Source: the human T2T-CHM13v2.0 reference genome, Homo sapiens
DNA length: 64,000 nucleotides
Assembly (NCBI RefSeq): GCF_009914755.1
Contig: NC_060929.1
Direction: 5' to 3' (one strand)
Shown here piece after piece: positions 1 to 15,790 of the stretch. The translations under genes were made by a program, and so were the position numbers. Within the stretch, counting starts at the first letter, position 1. Each line of letters begins with the position of its first letter. The notes below the pieces were generated by a model. It saw only the letters and a list, made by a program, of their open reading frames with translations. It was not told the DNA's origin and ran no database searches.

Positions 1-325
1 AGAAGAACACAAGATCAGAGAGGAGGAGGGCAGAGGAAACAAATCATATATGACCCGTAGGCCATAGTAAGGACATTGGCTTTTATTCTGATTGAGACCT
101 ATTATCACTAGAAGGTTTTGAATAGAAGCATGACATGATCTGGGCTCTGTAATAAAAAGACTGTTCTGACTGCTAGGTTGAGAACAGACTCCAGGGATAA
201 AGGTAGAAGCAAGTGACGAGATAGGAGAATGCTGCAGCAGTACAAGTAAGAAATTATGGTGGCTGGTATTCAGGATGGCAGTAGTGAATGTGGTGAGAGG
301 TGGTTACATTCTAAATATGTAACGA
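1..325 (-). mobile_element. L2 LINE fragment (old, diverged)
   Basis: Purine-rich stretch resembling antisense L2 (gaaggttttgaatagaagcatgacatgatctg ... gtggtgagaggtggttacattctaaatat), by recalled consensus. Confidence 0.6.
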
Positions 326-1254
326 ATTCTATTATACTATGAAGCTGCTGATGTACATGAAAATATTTAATCTGTATCAATTCAGTTTCTCCAGAGAAGG
401 ATCCTCTTATCTCCTCCCTAGGGATAGCAACAGTCTGGCTGCTAGCTTTCTGAAGCTGGGTCAGGAAAAATGCATAACATTCTGCTTTAGAGTTCAGTTT
501 TATGTTTTTATACCATATCCTTGTTTTCATACCCATTCCTTAGAGCCTGATATACCCAAGTCCACATCCTTTCTAGTTCAATTTTTCCAAAGAAGATACC
601 TTCTGTCTCCTGTATGGGGAAAGAGAGGAAAGTGTCTATTTGGGGTGGAAGTAGGAGTAAGGATCTGGGTCCTATCTGATCCTTATATAGACCTTCCAAT
701 AATCCAGCCCCTTTCAGCCCCTTCCCTCCTTGCACATATACTTCACCTGCTGTGGCTTTCTGAGGTTCCATAAGACAAATTAGTGTGCTTCTTGCTGGTG
801 TTCTCTTCCTCTGCAGTACCTAGGTTTGAATTTCCTCTGCCTTGCTAAGTCATTTTTCATTTCTCCATCCACTTTTAGCCTTCATATACTATGCCTTCGG
901 GTTAAAGATGTTTCCTAATGTCATTGAATATGGAGTCTGTGTTTTTATTTCTTGTCTTCCTCATACAAATATCTTTAAACATGTTAAAATATGCCTAATA
1001 TCACTTAAATTAGAAAACAGCATGTTAAAACTTTAATAAGTTACTACTTTCCACCAACAGATTAGCAAACATCATTTACAAGGTTATTGGCAAGCTTCAG
1101 TTGCTTGCTGGCTGTTGGCTGGAAATCTCAGTCCTCTGCCATGAAAGCCTTTCCATAGGCAAGTTGCCTGAGTGTCCCCAAGACCAGGAGGCTGACTTCC
1201 CTCAGAACAAGTGAGAGAAGAGAGAGCTCAAGACAAAGGTTGCAGTGTTTTTTA

Positions 1255-1963
<709 letters not shown>

Positions 1964-3200
1964 CAGATATTTCTTTCTCTCACTTTTCTAGATCCAAGAA
2001 AGTCCTGGACCTTCTTGGCTCAGGCTCCAGGTTAATACTTCCTAGCTTCAGAAACAGTTCCCTTTGGAAATAACTGAGGTTCTAACTTGGTGTGTGATCC
2101 CTGGGTCCTTGCAGTCTTTTATAACCTGATCTTGCAAGTGACATACCACTACTACTGCCATGTTCTGTTGGTGATATAGGTGGGAGAGAACTACACGAGG
2201 GTGCATAGGAATCGTTGGGGGCCATGATGGAAGCTGCTACTGTAATGAGGATGTGGTCATGTTGCAATCCATGTTAGAAGTAAAGGCTTAAGCTCTAGCT
2301 TTGCCCCATCTTTTAGATCACCACTTACAGAATAACAAAAACAAAGCAAAACTCACAAACTCACACTGCTTGATATAAAAGAAGAGTCCCCACTTACAGG
2401 GAGCTCTGGCTGGAGTCAGTTTTTCAGCAGCACCTGATGTCCCTTAATGAATATACAAGTGAATATCCACCTTTATAGGAATGAGGAAATGGGGTTTAAC
2501 ACCTGCCTTTAAAAGAGAACATTGAAAGAAACCAATGGCTGATAGCAACTTGACTAATTACAGAGTTAGTTATATAAATAAAGTTGAAAAATACTCACCT
2601 GGCATAAACGTATTCACCTGGTGAATTATTACTTCCAAGAATAGTACCATACAGGAGAAAGTAACTACAACTTTCTTATGGTTTGTTCATGCATATTCAC
2701 TCAGTATTTTTGTCAGTCAACAAATATTAATAGTTCAGAAGGGACTTTTGGACTCAATTAATAGTCTCCAAGTGCCCCTTTGGGATATGACACTATACTT
2801 AACAATATAATAAAGAAACAGAAACATAAAACCAACCCACAGTCACTTCCTTCAAAAATCTTTCATTCAAAGGCAGGAAAAAATAGACAAATTACAAAAT
2901 GGTATTTGTTCATTTTTAAGGAAAATAAACACAAGTAGCCATAAAAGTTCATCTTAAAAATAAACATAGTGCCATTTGTCTTGAATCTCTTTTTCCATCT
3001 CCATGTGTTTTTATTGATAAAATTGTTTATATACAAAATGGCCTTTTCAAGTAAAAACACATATTTTAGGGTACAACGTAGCAGCACCATCTGTTTGGGC
3101 TTATTTTTCTTGTTAATGTGTGTGGGTCAGTTCAGCAGATAACAGTGATGAGTATTTGGGGTTTTGAAATTTCATTGACAGATTAATTGGTGTTGCATCA

Positions 3201-3536
<336 letters not shown>

Positions 3537-4029
3537 CTACCAATCTACTTTCTGTCTCTATATATTTGCCATATATATATGAAAATACACAAAGATATCT
3601 TTACTAAACTTAGTTTAGTGGAAACATTCTAGATCATCAGATTGAAGGAAGCTTTATTTTAAAAAGTTTTGCAGATAGGTATATAAGCTCAAGACCAGAT
3701 TAATTTGTGATAGTATAGGATAGTAAAGAATGTAATTTTACATATTTCCATTTTTGTAGACTATTAAGAAATTTTAGAGTGTGTATAATTTGGCGTTTAT
3801 TTGCAAGATCAACTTAAAAGCAGCATTCAAACAACCCAGTTAGCAGCTTCCAGCCCATCTCAGTTTTTATGTCCCAGGCAGAAACTATCACACAAATAAA
3901 TGGTTTTCACTCAAGGGAATTCCCAGGCACAGTAACGTCAAATCAAGCTGTAAGCTCTTAATATATAAAGGAAGAGGAAATTTACTTTAAGTAAGGATGA
4001 CTCTTTCTTCCACTATATAAAAAAATAGA

Positions 4030-4740
4030 CAAATACCATTTTACCCCACTAGATTAGCAAAAATTAAGAAGTATAACAATACCAAGCATTAAAGAGTACA
4101 TAGAATTCTTATACACTGTGAGACAGAAAAAACTAGTTGGCATTAATTATCTCACAAGGTTGAATATTTGCATACTCTACAGTGCAGCAACTCTACTTCT
4201 AGGTGGAAACACTTGCATACATTACCATGAGGCCTGTATAAGATTATTTATAGCAGCAGTGTTTAGAATAATAATTTTCAAAAGCCTGGAAACAATCCCC
4301 CCAAGTATGTATCAACAGAACAATAAATTGCAGTATATTCACACAATAGAATGTTATATAGTGTTGAAAATGAAAGAACTATCATTGTATAGAATAACAT
4401 GGATGAATCTTAGAAATGAATTCCAGAAAACTATACATTGGATGATAGCATTTTTATAAAGCTTAATAGCATGCAAATTAAACAACATGCTATTTTAACA
4501 TTTTTGTGATGAAACTAAATTTTAAAAGGAAAACTGCAAAGAAATAATAAACATAAAATTTAGGATCCTAGTTTTCCATGACGGCAGAGGGGAAGAGATA
4601 GAGGAGAAACACAAAGGAGATACACGTTACTAGGAAATGTCCTAATTCTTGGTGTGGGTAGAGGTTCATGAGTATTCATTATGTTATTAAGTGTTATACT
4701 TAATATATGTGTTGCGTATATCTTTTGTATGTATTAAAAA
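4030..4740 (+). mobile_element. Old L1 (L1ME-like) 3' region
   Basis: taccattttaccccactagattagcaaaaatt...aataaattgcagtatattcacacaatagaatg...aacatggatgaatct. Confidence 0.7.
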
Positions 4741-4750
4741 GTAAATTTTT

Positions 4751-5039
4751 GGCTGGGCGCAGTGGCTCACGCCTGTAATCCCAGCACTTTGGGAGGCCGA
4801 GACGGGTGGATCACCTGGGGTCAGGAGTTCAAGACCAGCCCGGCCAACATGGTGAACCCCTGTGTCTACTAAAAATACAAAAAATTAGCCAGACATGATG
4901 GTGTGTGCCTGTAGTCCCAGCTACTCAGGGGGCTGAGGCAGGGGAATTCCTTGAACCTGGGAGGCAGAGGTTGCAATGAGTCGATATAGCACCATGTACT
5001 CCAGCCTGGGTGTTGCCGTGAGACTCAAAAAAAAAAAAA
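4751..5039 (+). mobile_element. Alu (AluS-like)
   Basis: ggctgggcgcagtggctcacgcctgtaatcccagcactttgggagg ... A tail. Confidence 0.97.
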
Positions 5040-5189
5040 GCAAAATTTTAAGAGATTTAAGAGATTGGTCAAATTCATCCTCACCTCCTCCAAGTGAAAA
5101 ATAAGAAAGCTGATTTTCACTCTGCATTTAAAGAAATTAAGGGTGGCATGGCCCTATCCTCAAATAGGAATGAAATAAAGAGTATTTTT

Positions 5190-5250
5190 TTAAATTATAC
5201 TTTAAGTTCTAGGGTACATGTGCACAACGTGCAAGTTTGTTACATATGCA
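5190..5250 (-). mobile_element. 61-bp extreme 3' tip of a primate L1PA with 18-bp target-site duplication
   Basis: ttatactttaagttctagggtacatgtgcacaacgtgca..tttgttacatatg flanked by gaaataaagagtattttt at 5172-5189 and 5251-5268. Confidence 0.9.
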
Positions 5251-5411
5251 GAAATAAAGAGTATTTTTAAGGGACTAATCAGTCAGCTGGAGCCAAGAGA
5301 ATGTAAGTGAAATTAAATCCACGTGAACTAAATGGGATTTTTTCCTCCCTAACATGCGAATGGAATGTGCAGTAAACTGAAACTCTTACCTGCCAGTAAG
5401 GAAATAAATTG

Positions 5412-5464
5412 AACTCCAGCCTGGATGACAGAGCGAGACTCCGTCTCAAAAAAAAAAAAAGAAA
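5412..5464 (+). mobile_element. ~50-bp 5'-truncated Alu tip with 14-bp TSD
   Basis: actccagcctggatgacagagcgagactccgtctc(A)n flanked by aaggaaataaattg at 5398-5411 and 5465-5478. Confidence 0.9.
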
Positions 5465-5548
5465 AAGGAAATAAATTGGGATGATGCAGAATGGAATCTC
5501 GGCATCACTAGGTGAAGTTAAGATTTACAGAGCTAAAAGGAGCAGGAG

Positions 5549-5883
<335 letters not shown>

Positions 5884-5949
5884 CTAGAAAAACTGGAGTC
5901 CGAATAGAATACCTAGGAGAAAATGAAGGAAAACACACAAAGGCTAAAT

Positions 5950-6080
5950 GAATTAATTCATTTATTCAACAAATCTTTTTTTTGCATAGACTCTGCGCCA
6001 GGGAGAGGGAAAGGGACTGGAGTCATCAAGATAATTAAGTCACAGTCCCCACACTCAAGGAACTCACACTCTAGTAATCA
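5950..6080 (-). mobile_element. L2 3' end fragment
   Basis: aattcatttattcaacaaat...cacagtccccacactcaaggaactcacactctagt. Confidence 0.6.
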
Positions 6081-6321
6081 GGATGCCCAAGACTGAGAAA
6101 AGGGAAGAATACTTGGAGGTTTTCAAGAACAATGCAGTTGGTGAGGAAGAGAACAGTTTTAATCTTAGGCCAGAGGATAGTAATATATGGGAGCCTAGAC
6201 ACCACAGTCTCTTAGTGCTTTAACCTCTGTGAGCCTGCAATATAAGAAGGGGAGGGAGAGCTTGTGCTTGGCTTGGACCTGGAGAGAAGGGCAGAAATAA
6301 GTGATGCCACAGGCAGTGGGA

Positions 6322-6570
6322 GTCTACATTTATTGAGTTCTTACTATGTGTCAGATACTCTTCTAAATGCATCTTATGAATTAACTAATTTAATCCTCAC
6401 AATATACCTATGTGCTAGTTACTATTATCATCCTTATTTGATAAGTGAGGAAACTGGGGCCTATAGAGGTTAAGTAATTTAATTTGCCCAAAGTTGCATA
6501 GGAATCTGAAAGCAGAGTTTTGAATCCAGGTGATTAGATTACACAGACCCATGTTCTCGACCACCACACC
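6322..6570 (-). mobile_element. MIR
   Basis: catttattgag..ttactatgtgtcag...atttaatcctcacaa...gaggaaactggggc..agaggttaagtaa..tgcccaa (antisense MIR core). Confidence 0.85.
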
Positions 6571-7002
6571 GAATAGAGGAGGGATGTTCTAAATAAAAGT
6601 TAGAAAAAACAGAAGATTTTCAAAAGTTGTTAATCTCACAAATTCATTAATGTGTGCTCTTATACAATCGAGGTATATTGTAACTATTAAATTTGCACAC
6701 CCAAAACATAGTTACACCTTGTGAATATCACTGGGTGTGTCTCAAAAGTTTAGTACTGGACCCTATAGGAAGGTAGAATGTTGCAGAGGAACTAGTGGAG
6801 AACAGCTGTGTCTCTGGGTTGGTCCTATGAGAAAATCTCCTTTTTTTGATTCCTCATGAGATGGAGGCAGAAAGTTACCCAAGATAAGTCTTAGCAAAGC
6901 CTCCAATTTGTCATATAATAAATGGATATACTTTATAGCCAGTCTTAACACATGTACATATTTATTCAGTTTCTTTTTTTGGTTTCTCAGCAATTTAATA
7001 AT

Positions 7003-7240
7003 GGACTTGTTGGCTAATTTGGTTCAGCATTGTGCTAATAAAGTAAAATTGATGGGTTGGGTTTAATTCCCTTTTAGCTCTGGTGGCCATGTATTGCACC
7101 CCAACCTTAGCAAACATGAGCTGTTGAGTGACCTCAGAGAAACTGTGTTTGGCTCAGAACAAGTCTATCAACGTTATACAAAAGGTAATGCTTTACATAA
7201 AGTGTGTCAGAACTTTTATCTTTGTATTCCGGGACAACAC
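7003..7240 (+). mobile_element. Ancient tRNA-derived SINE (MamSINE1-like)
   Basis: tRNA-like head ttggctaatttggttcagcattgtgctaataa, then gtggccatgtattgcaccccaacc...ggctcagaacaagtctatca...tatctttgtattccgggacaacac; collinear with recalled MamSINE1 consensus. Confidence 0.55.
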
Positions 7241-7470
7241 ATTAATTTTCACAGAGAACAACACACGTGATTTGTTTAATGTCTACAATAGATCTTTGAG
7301 ACAATCAGGAATAGATACTTGGAAACTTCAATATCCTATACTTATTCAAATTGACCCTACTATTTATATTACACAGGCATAGTAGTCTTTGACAAACCTC
7401 ATGATCCAATATATACTCAATTCATCTTGCTTTTATATAGCCAGAAATAACTAAATTAAAAATAAAAATA

Positions 7471-7805
<335 letters not shown>

Positions 7806-7828
7806 GTAAATAAATAAAAATAAAAATA

Positions 7829-8130
7829 GGCCGGCTGTGGTGGCTCACACCTGTAATCCCAGCACTTTGGGAGGCCGAGGCAGGTGAATCACGAAGTCAG
7901 GAGATCAAGACCATCCTGGCCAACATGGCGAAACCCCATCTCTACTAAAAATACAAAAATTAGCTGGGTGTGGTGGCATGCACCTGTAGTCCCAGCTACT
8001 CAGGAGGCTGAGGTAGGACAATCACTTGAACCCGGGAGGCGGAGGTTGCAGTGAGCCGAGATCATGCCACTATACTCCAGCCTGGGCAACAGAGCGAGAC
8101 TCTGTCTCAAAATAAACAAACAAACAAAAA
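7829..8130 (+). mobile_element. Alu (AluS-like)
   Basis: ggccggctgtggtggctcacacctgtaatccc ... gagactctgtctcaaaataaacaaacaaac. Confidence 0.96.
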
Positions 8131-8149
8131 ATAATAGAATCTTTCATTT

Positions 8150-8766
<617 letters not shown>

Positions 8767-8964
8767 TACCTCAGTTTCTGATTGCTTATGGAAGAACCCT
8801 TACCTAAGGGCAAACTAATGAAAAAAAAAATCAATTCCAACTCAAAAACACATATTTAATATGCCTAAAACAAAGTGATCTGAAACAATGCAATTCATTA
8901 AGTGAGAGAAACCTACAGGGTTTCACTTAACAGGTGCTTCTGCTCAGCAAACTAGATCTAAATT

Positions 8965-9980
8965 TTTAAAATTTTATTTTTTAATTGACACATAATTTTA
9001 TATATTTATAGGTATATAGTGATGTTTTGATGCAGACAAGGTATAATGATCAGATTAGGGTAATTAACATATTTATCATCTCAAACATTTGTCTTTTTTT
9101 CTGTTGGCAACATTCAATGTCCTCCTTCTAGCTATCTGAAACTATGTATTACTGTTAACTATAGTCACCCTACAGTGCTGTAGGACACTAGAAGTTATTC
9201 CTCCTATCTAGCTGTAATTTTGTATCCTTTAACAAATCTTTCCCTATTCTCCCTTTCCCCTACCCTTCCCAGCCTCTAGTATCCTCTGTTCTACTTTTTA
9301 CTTCTGTGAGACGAACTTTTTTTAGCTTCCACATATGAGTGAGAACATGCAGTGTTTAACTTTCTGTTCCTGGCTTATTTCACTTAACATAATGTCCTCT
9401 ACTTCCATCCATGTTGCTGCAAATGACAGGATATCATTCTTTTTTATGGCTGAATAGTATTCCATTGTGTATATATATATATACATTACGTTTTCTTTAT
9501 TCATTCACCTGTTGTTGGACTTGTGGGTTGATTCCATATTTTGGCTATTGTGAATAGTGCTGCAATAAATACGGGGATGCAGATGTCTCTTCGATATACT
9601 TTCTTTTGGATAAATGCCCAGTAGTGAGGTTGCTGGATCATATGGTAGTTCTATTTCTAGTTTTTTGAGAAACCTCCATACTGTTCTCCATGGTAGCTCT
9701 ACTAGTTTACATTCCTGCCAGGATAGAAGAGTTCCCTTTTCTCTGCATCCTCATCAGCATTTGTTATTTTTTTGTCTCTTCATCCTAACTGGGGTGAGAT
9801 GATACCTCATTGTGGTTTTGACTTGCATTTCCCTGATGCTTAGTGATGCTGAGCATTTTTTCATATATTTCTTGGCCATTTATATGTCTTCTTTTGAGAA
9901 ATGTCTGTTCAGATAATTTGCCCATTTTTAAACTGGATTGTTTGCTGTTGAGATGTTTGAGTTCCTTGTACATCCTGGTA
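8965..9980 (-). mobile_element. L1MA-type 3' end (~1 kb)
   Basis: ttaactatagtcaccctac...ttagcttccacatatgagtgagaacatgc...cccagtagtgaggttgctggatcatatggtagttct...gagaaatgtctgttcag; explains ORFs 9322-10021. Confidence 0.92.
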
Positions 9981-10404
9981 GATCCAAATTTCTGATGTGA
10001 TCTGACATCTGACAAAGCCACAACAGTAAAGGAAATGCCTCATAATTATCCAAAGATATTCAGAGGAAAGGAAAAGGATGGTGAAAGTTAATGTTAGCGT
10101 GAAAACTTAACAGACCAAGAATGAGGATAAGTAAATCTCCAACTTCAACTGGAAACAGAAATGGCTGAAATTAGGGCAGGAACAAATACAATTTTTAAAA
10201 ATATTGAGAGACACCAATTTGTAAAGAAAATGTAAAATGTTGATGTCTGGTATTTCAAAGTAGATGTAAAAATCATGCTCTTGGAAAGGGCTGATACTCA
10301 AAACTTCTTCAAAGTAAGTTAAATATAAATACTACAGGCATGGGGTGGGGGAAAGGAGAGGAGAAGGAAAAGGCAGAGTTAGTTTAAATTGTGCAAGCTA
10401 TGGA

Positions 10405-10600
10405 GGAAGACTGAGTTCTAGCTCTGCTATTTAGTAACTGTGATTTGGGCAGGTGTCTTAATCTCTGCGTCTCAGTGTTCTCATCCATAAAATGGGAATA
10501 ATAGAATTTACTCATAAAGTTGTTGTTAGCATTTTATTAGCTAATATATAGAGTGCTTATGCAATGCCAGTATATAATAAGGGCACTATATAGCATTATA
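10405..10600 (+). mobile_element. MIR
   Basis: gtgatttgggcaggtgtcttaatctctgcgtctcagtgttctcatccataaaatgggaataatag. Confidence 0.8.
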
Positions 10601-10674
10601 CTTCTAAAAACAATGTATCTAAAGATTAACAACAATGGTAACATTTAATCAGAAAATCAAGAAGAAATCTGACA

Positions 10675-11257
<583 letters not shown>

Positions 11258-11484
11258 TCTGTAGAGCCATAAATCTTATGTATTAAATAATAGAATAATC
11301 ATTAAGGGAAATATACAGCAATAATGATATTAAATGAAAAACTTTTCTGAAAACCTAATGAGTACCCAGAAAACCTAATAAGTTTGTTTTTCACTTAAGA
11401 AAAAACAAAAAAATGTATATATAGTTATCATACAGGATGTTACTTGACTTAACACTTGGGTGACTTTTTTGTGACATAAATTGT

Positions 11485-11822
11485 CCACAATGCCTGCCTG
11501 GAACATCTCCCTAAATGTTCCCGTGACTGACTATTTCAGATCTCTGTTCAAATGTTACTTCTTCAGACAGGCTTCCTTGATCACTCTATTTAAAATACTG
11601 GGTGAGCGGCATGCATGGACACTTTCACATACAATCACACAGAAACTCTCTTTCCCCTTTCCTATTTTCTTCTTCTTTTTAGCACTTATCACTATCTAGC
11701 ATTATATTATACATTTGTTTACTGTCTTACATAGACTGGAAACTCTATGACAGCAGACATTTCATTTTGTTCAAGCATCTGGAACAACGTCTGGTAAACA
11801 GACATTTGATAAATATTGTTCA
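11485..11822 (+). mobile_element. L2 3' end
   Basis: ctgcctggaac...ctgttcaaatgttacttcttcagacaggcttccttgatcact...tagcacttatcact...gataaatattgtt. Confidence 0.7.
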
Positions 11823-12084
11823 AAACATGACCCAAGAAAATAAGGCTGACTGAAAAACAACAAAGAATTCCAAGAACTAGTCCTGACATAGCAGGCCATA
11901 CCTACTTTCCAGAAATTCAAGGCCAGAAAAAAAAGAGCCATCTAAACACCAACTGTAATATGTTTATGTAAGGTGTCTATTTTTATAGTAATATAAAAAA
12001 ACTCTTCATCATAAACATACTTAAGTAAATATTTATTTCCGATCTAGGAAATATAAGCTAATCATTACATTTACTTTATCTTAA

Positions 12085-12845
12085 ATTTTATTTTTTATTG
12101 ATACAAAATACTTGTACATATTTTGGGGATACATGTAATAATTTAATACATTCATATAATTTGTAAAGATCAAATCAGTGTAATTGGGATATCTATCATC
12201 TTAAATTTTTGTCTTACGTTATTTCAATTATTCTCTTTTAGCTATTTTGAACCATACAATAGGTTATTATAAACTATAGTCACCCTACTGATTTATCATT
12301 ATCAAACTGTATATTTCTATCCATCAATCAACCTCTCTTCATCCCTCCTCTCCTCTCCCCTTCTCAACCTCTGGTAACCACCAATCTACTCTCTGTCTTC
12401 ATGAGGTCAGTGCTGGGATTACTTGCATGAGCCACTGTGCCCCGCCAGGATTTCATTCTTTTTTATGGCTGAATAATATTCCATTTCATATCAATCACAT
12501 TTTCTTTAACCATTCATCCACTGATGGGCACTTAGGTTGATTCCATATTTTGGCTATTTCAACAGGACTTCAATAAACATGAGAATGCAGCTATCTCTTT
12601 AATATGTTGATTTCCTTTCTTTTGAATATATACCCACTAGTGTAATTGCTGGATCACATGGTAGTTCTACTTTGTTTTCGGAGGCACTTCCATACAGTTT
12701 TCCATAGTGGCTGTACTAATTTACATTCTCATTGACAGTGTACGAGGGTTCCCCATTCTCCACATCCTTCCACCAGTATTCATTATTCCCTATCTTTTTG
12801 ATAAAAGCCATTTTAACTGGGATGAGATGGTATCTCATTGTGCTT
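12085..12845 (-). mobile_element. L1MA-type 3' end containing a ~40-bp Alu remnant
   Basis: ttggggatacatgtaataatttaatac...aactatagtcacccta...gctggatcacatggtagttct...gccattttaactgggatgagatggtatctcattgt. Confidence 0.9.
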
Positions 12846-15689
12846 ACATTTACATTTTATAATTAATTTTGAGTATTTAAGTAGACAAGAAAAAGTATGC
12901 TCAAAATATAAAAATGATTACTATAACACAAAATATTAAAGAAATAACTGACTTTATATTTTTCACTTGGAGTATTGTCTTGATTTCTTCCCCTGACACA
13001 TTTTAATCACCACAGAAAGAAATCCCACCGATCTTCTTCATCTAATTGCAAAGTGCTACTGCATTAGGTTATAAAAATGGCCTGGATTAGCTTCAGAAGG
13101 CACTGGTGTCTGGTTGTATGTAAGCAAGCAGAGGAGTTTTAGAGCTACCACAAAATATGCAACAAAGTTCAATAGTGCTATCCAGTTCAGATAGATCCAC
13201 TCTTTGGAAAAGCCCAGCTTTCTTCTCCATCTCTAAGTTCATCCACATGTTAGTTCTGACATCTGAATTACGTTTAAAAACAAGGAAAGAAAATAAAGGT
13301 GCAAATAAGAATTTAGGTCACACTCTTTGTAAAAGTATCAAGAATAACTACCATTTTCAAATTGTCATACTTGTAGCCTACAAATTTACATTTTGCTGAT
13401 TATGGTAAATGTAAGACAACAGTATCATTTCAACATCTGTTACTTTTACTTTGGTATTTTATTCTTGCCATTACTCTTAAATGATAAAGAAAAATATGCT
13501 TCAATAGTACTTAATCAATGACTTTCAAACTGTTATCCCACATTCTATAAGGATTTTCTGTAAGAATTACTTGAAAAAAATAATGGAAATTGAGATTGTA
13601 TACATTTTCTATTGGAAGAGGAACCCTTGGAATAAAACAAATTAGCACACACATCTGGCTCAGGTGCTGTTAACCAATGATTCCAGAATGGGAGGAGATG
13701 GGTTAAAAAGATGAAGCCAGACAACTGATACTAAAAAAGATCAGAGACTCATAGTTACATAAAATTTGACAAATGAGATCAAGTTTAAATAATTACTGGT
13801 CCCTTTGCTCTCAAGTTATTGTTTAGTGAGTTTCATCTGGATAAACACATTTTGGTGGTGGTGTAGTTAGGAGGATGAGGAATGATTTTCCCCAGCTTTA
13901 TACCCTCAACAGAGAGGGTTCTGCTTACCTGCTTATGAAAACCAATTCGATACCATGTTAGCCTTTAAGGAGTAAACTAAAGGATTCACTTTAATAACTC
14001 CAGTATCAACAAAGAAAAAGCTGTCCTTGCTTAAACCAAAAATTCAAGATTGCTACTATATAGTATGTTTCAGTGCACATATCAAGTCTACAAGTCTCAC
14101 ACTTCTGACCCTTGTCTTCAAGTCCCTAAACTGGAATAAAACTAGATAAATGCCTGAGGAACCACTTCACACCCTAAACACGTGCAAACTTTGTTCAACA
14201 GAACATTTTACTGCCAAAATGGAGTTGGCAGAAGTTTGGAGCAAAGGCCCCCAGGCTGCATGATTTGTTGGCACCAGACAGCTTAAAAATCTTAACATAA
14301 TACTGCAGAGTTTGAGTACTACCAATTTGCTTGAGACTCCTCCTCCAAGTTTGACTTGAGATAGATGGAAGACGCCATAAAGAAAGACTATTAACACTTC
14401 ATCCTCTATCCAGAAATGCTTTTATTTCTCACTCCTGATTGTCATACCTCTATATTCCTTGGTGGTTGTATTTACACGGTAAATCAAATGGAGTCTATTT
14501 TGAAATGCATATAAATTCAATTGTATTGTGTTGCTTGGATAAAGGGACACAGGGAGAACTACTATAAATACATAAAATTAATTATGACAAAGTTCTACTT
14601 AGAAAACACTTGATCCAAATAACCCCCATATATCACAATTTTTTACCCTAAAAATGTGGGAGAAATTAAGATACAGAATTACCTGTAAATTGCTACCATT
14701 TTACATTTGGTTCAGCTTGTCTTCTCACTTCTGTAAGTCTGAATGACGGTAGTTTATCTTGTATGTGAACAATTTAGGAAAGCCAGGAAAGAAGCCAAGT
14801 AGAGTTCTCTTCAACAAGGGTCAACAATAAAGTCTTGGAAATCTTCATAAGCTTGATGCTGTTAATTAGGAAAAACTGCATCGGAATTTTTAAATTACAG
14901 TTGAGTACAAGCAACTATATAACTAGCAACTTCGAACCTGTAAATGCTTGATAAATATGCAGTACTGAGAAAGGATGGTTTGCTTTGGAAGGTTATCTTG
15001 TCCTATGTTTCAATAAAAGACAAGGTTTAAAGAGATGCTACTTGCTCCTCATACACCTAAAAAACTTTTTTCTTGAAACTTTCTAATGTTTTCCCTCCGT
15101 AGCTCCATGTATTTTATTAATGTGTCTGATAGCCTTTGTTTTTCCTCCTCTAGAACCTCCAAGTTTTCTAATTCTCAGCTATGATTTTAGATCATTAAAT
15201 CACCAGTTTCTAATCTCCACAATACAGTTGGAAACATTTAGGACAGAATATCCTTTAGGATATTAAGATGCAGAAGACTGTACTTCGAAGGATATTTATA
15301 TAGTAGTGCTGCCACCTAAAGATGAGGTGAATATAAAGAAGCAATTCAAAGGAAATGACCCATCACCCTTAAGCCAGTCTCATTTTCTCACCTCCAGCTA
15401 GGAATTAATAAGCGTGTTGCTGTTGTTGTTGTCATTAACAGGGAAGTTGAACTGTTTCGCAATCACTTATTTCTGAGCTTTAATCCTCTGTGCCAGATAA
15501 TTTCAGACTCAAACCTTTTCTAGTCCTCTGCGATTCTTCTCAGCCATCAGGCACTGCCTACAATACGTAAGAGGCAGCAAAAGATACTTGGAAAAAAACA
15601 ATTGAGAGATTTCTGGTTTAGTGAATAAAGCAGGCAATAATAGACCTTAGAGTTTTCCCTTTATCAGTGATAGACTCCTCACAATGCTG

Positions 15690-15790
15690 AACAACTGACT
15701 TACATTTTGATAACTAAATTTTCATCTGTAAAATGGGAGTAATTATACCTTAGTCCTACTTGCCTCGCAGGCTCAACTAGATATGCTTCT
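15690..15790 (+). mobile_element. MIR core fragment
   Basis: ttttcatctgtaaaatgggagtaattatacct..cctacttgcctcgcagg. Confidence 0.55.

Noticed and set aside
7003-7075. tRNA gene
   Set aside because: Degenerate A and B boxes and no intact cloverleaf; it is a SINE head.
15305-15322. CTCF-like motif (gtgctgccacctaaag), and another near 42815
   Set aside because: Only partial matches lacking the conserved CCAC/CCAG end; not supportable without ChIP data.
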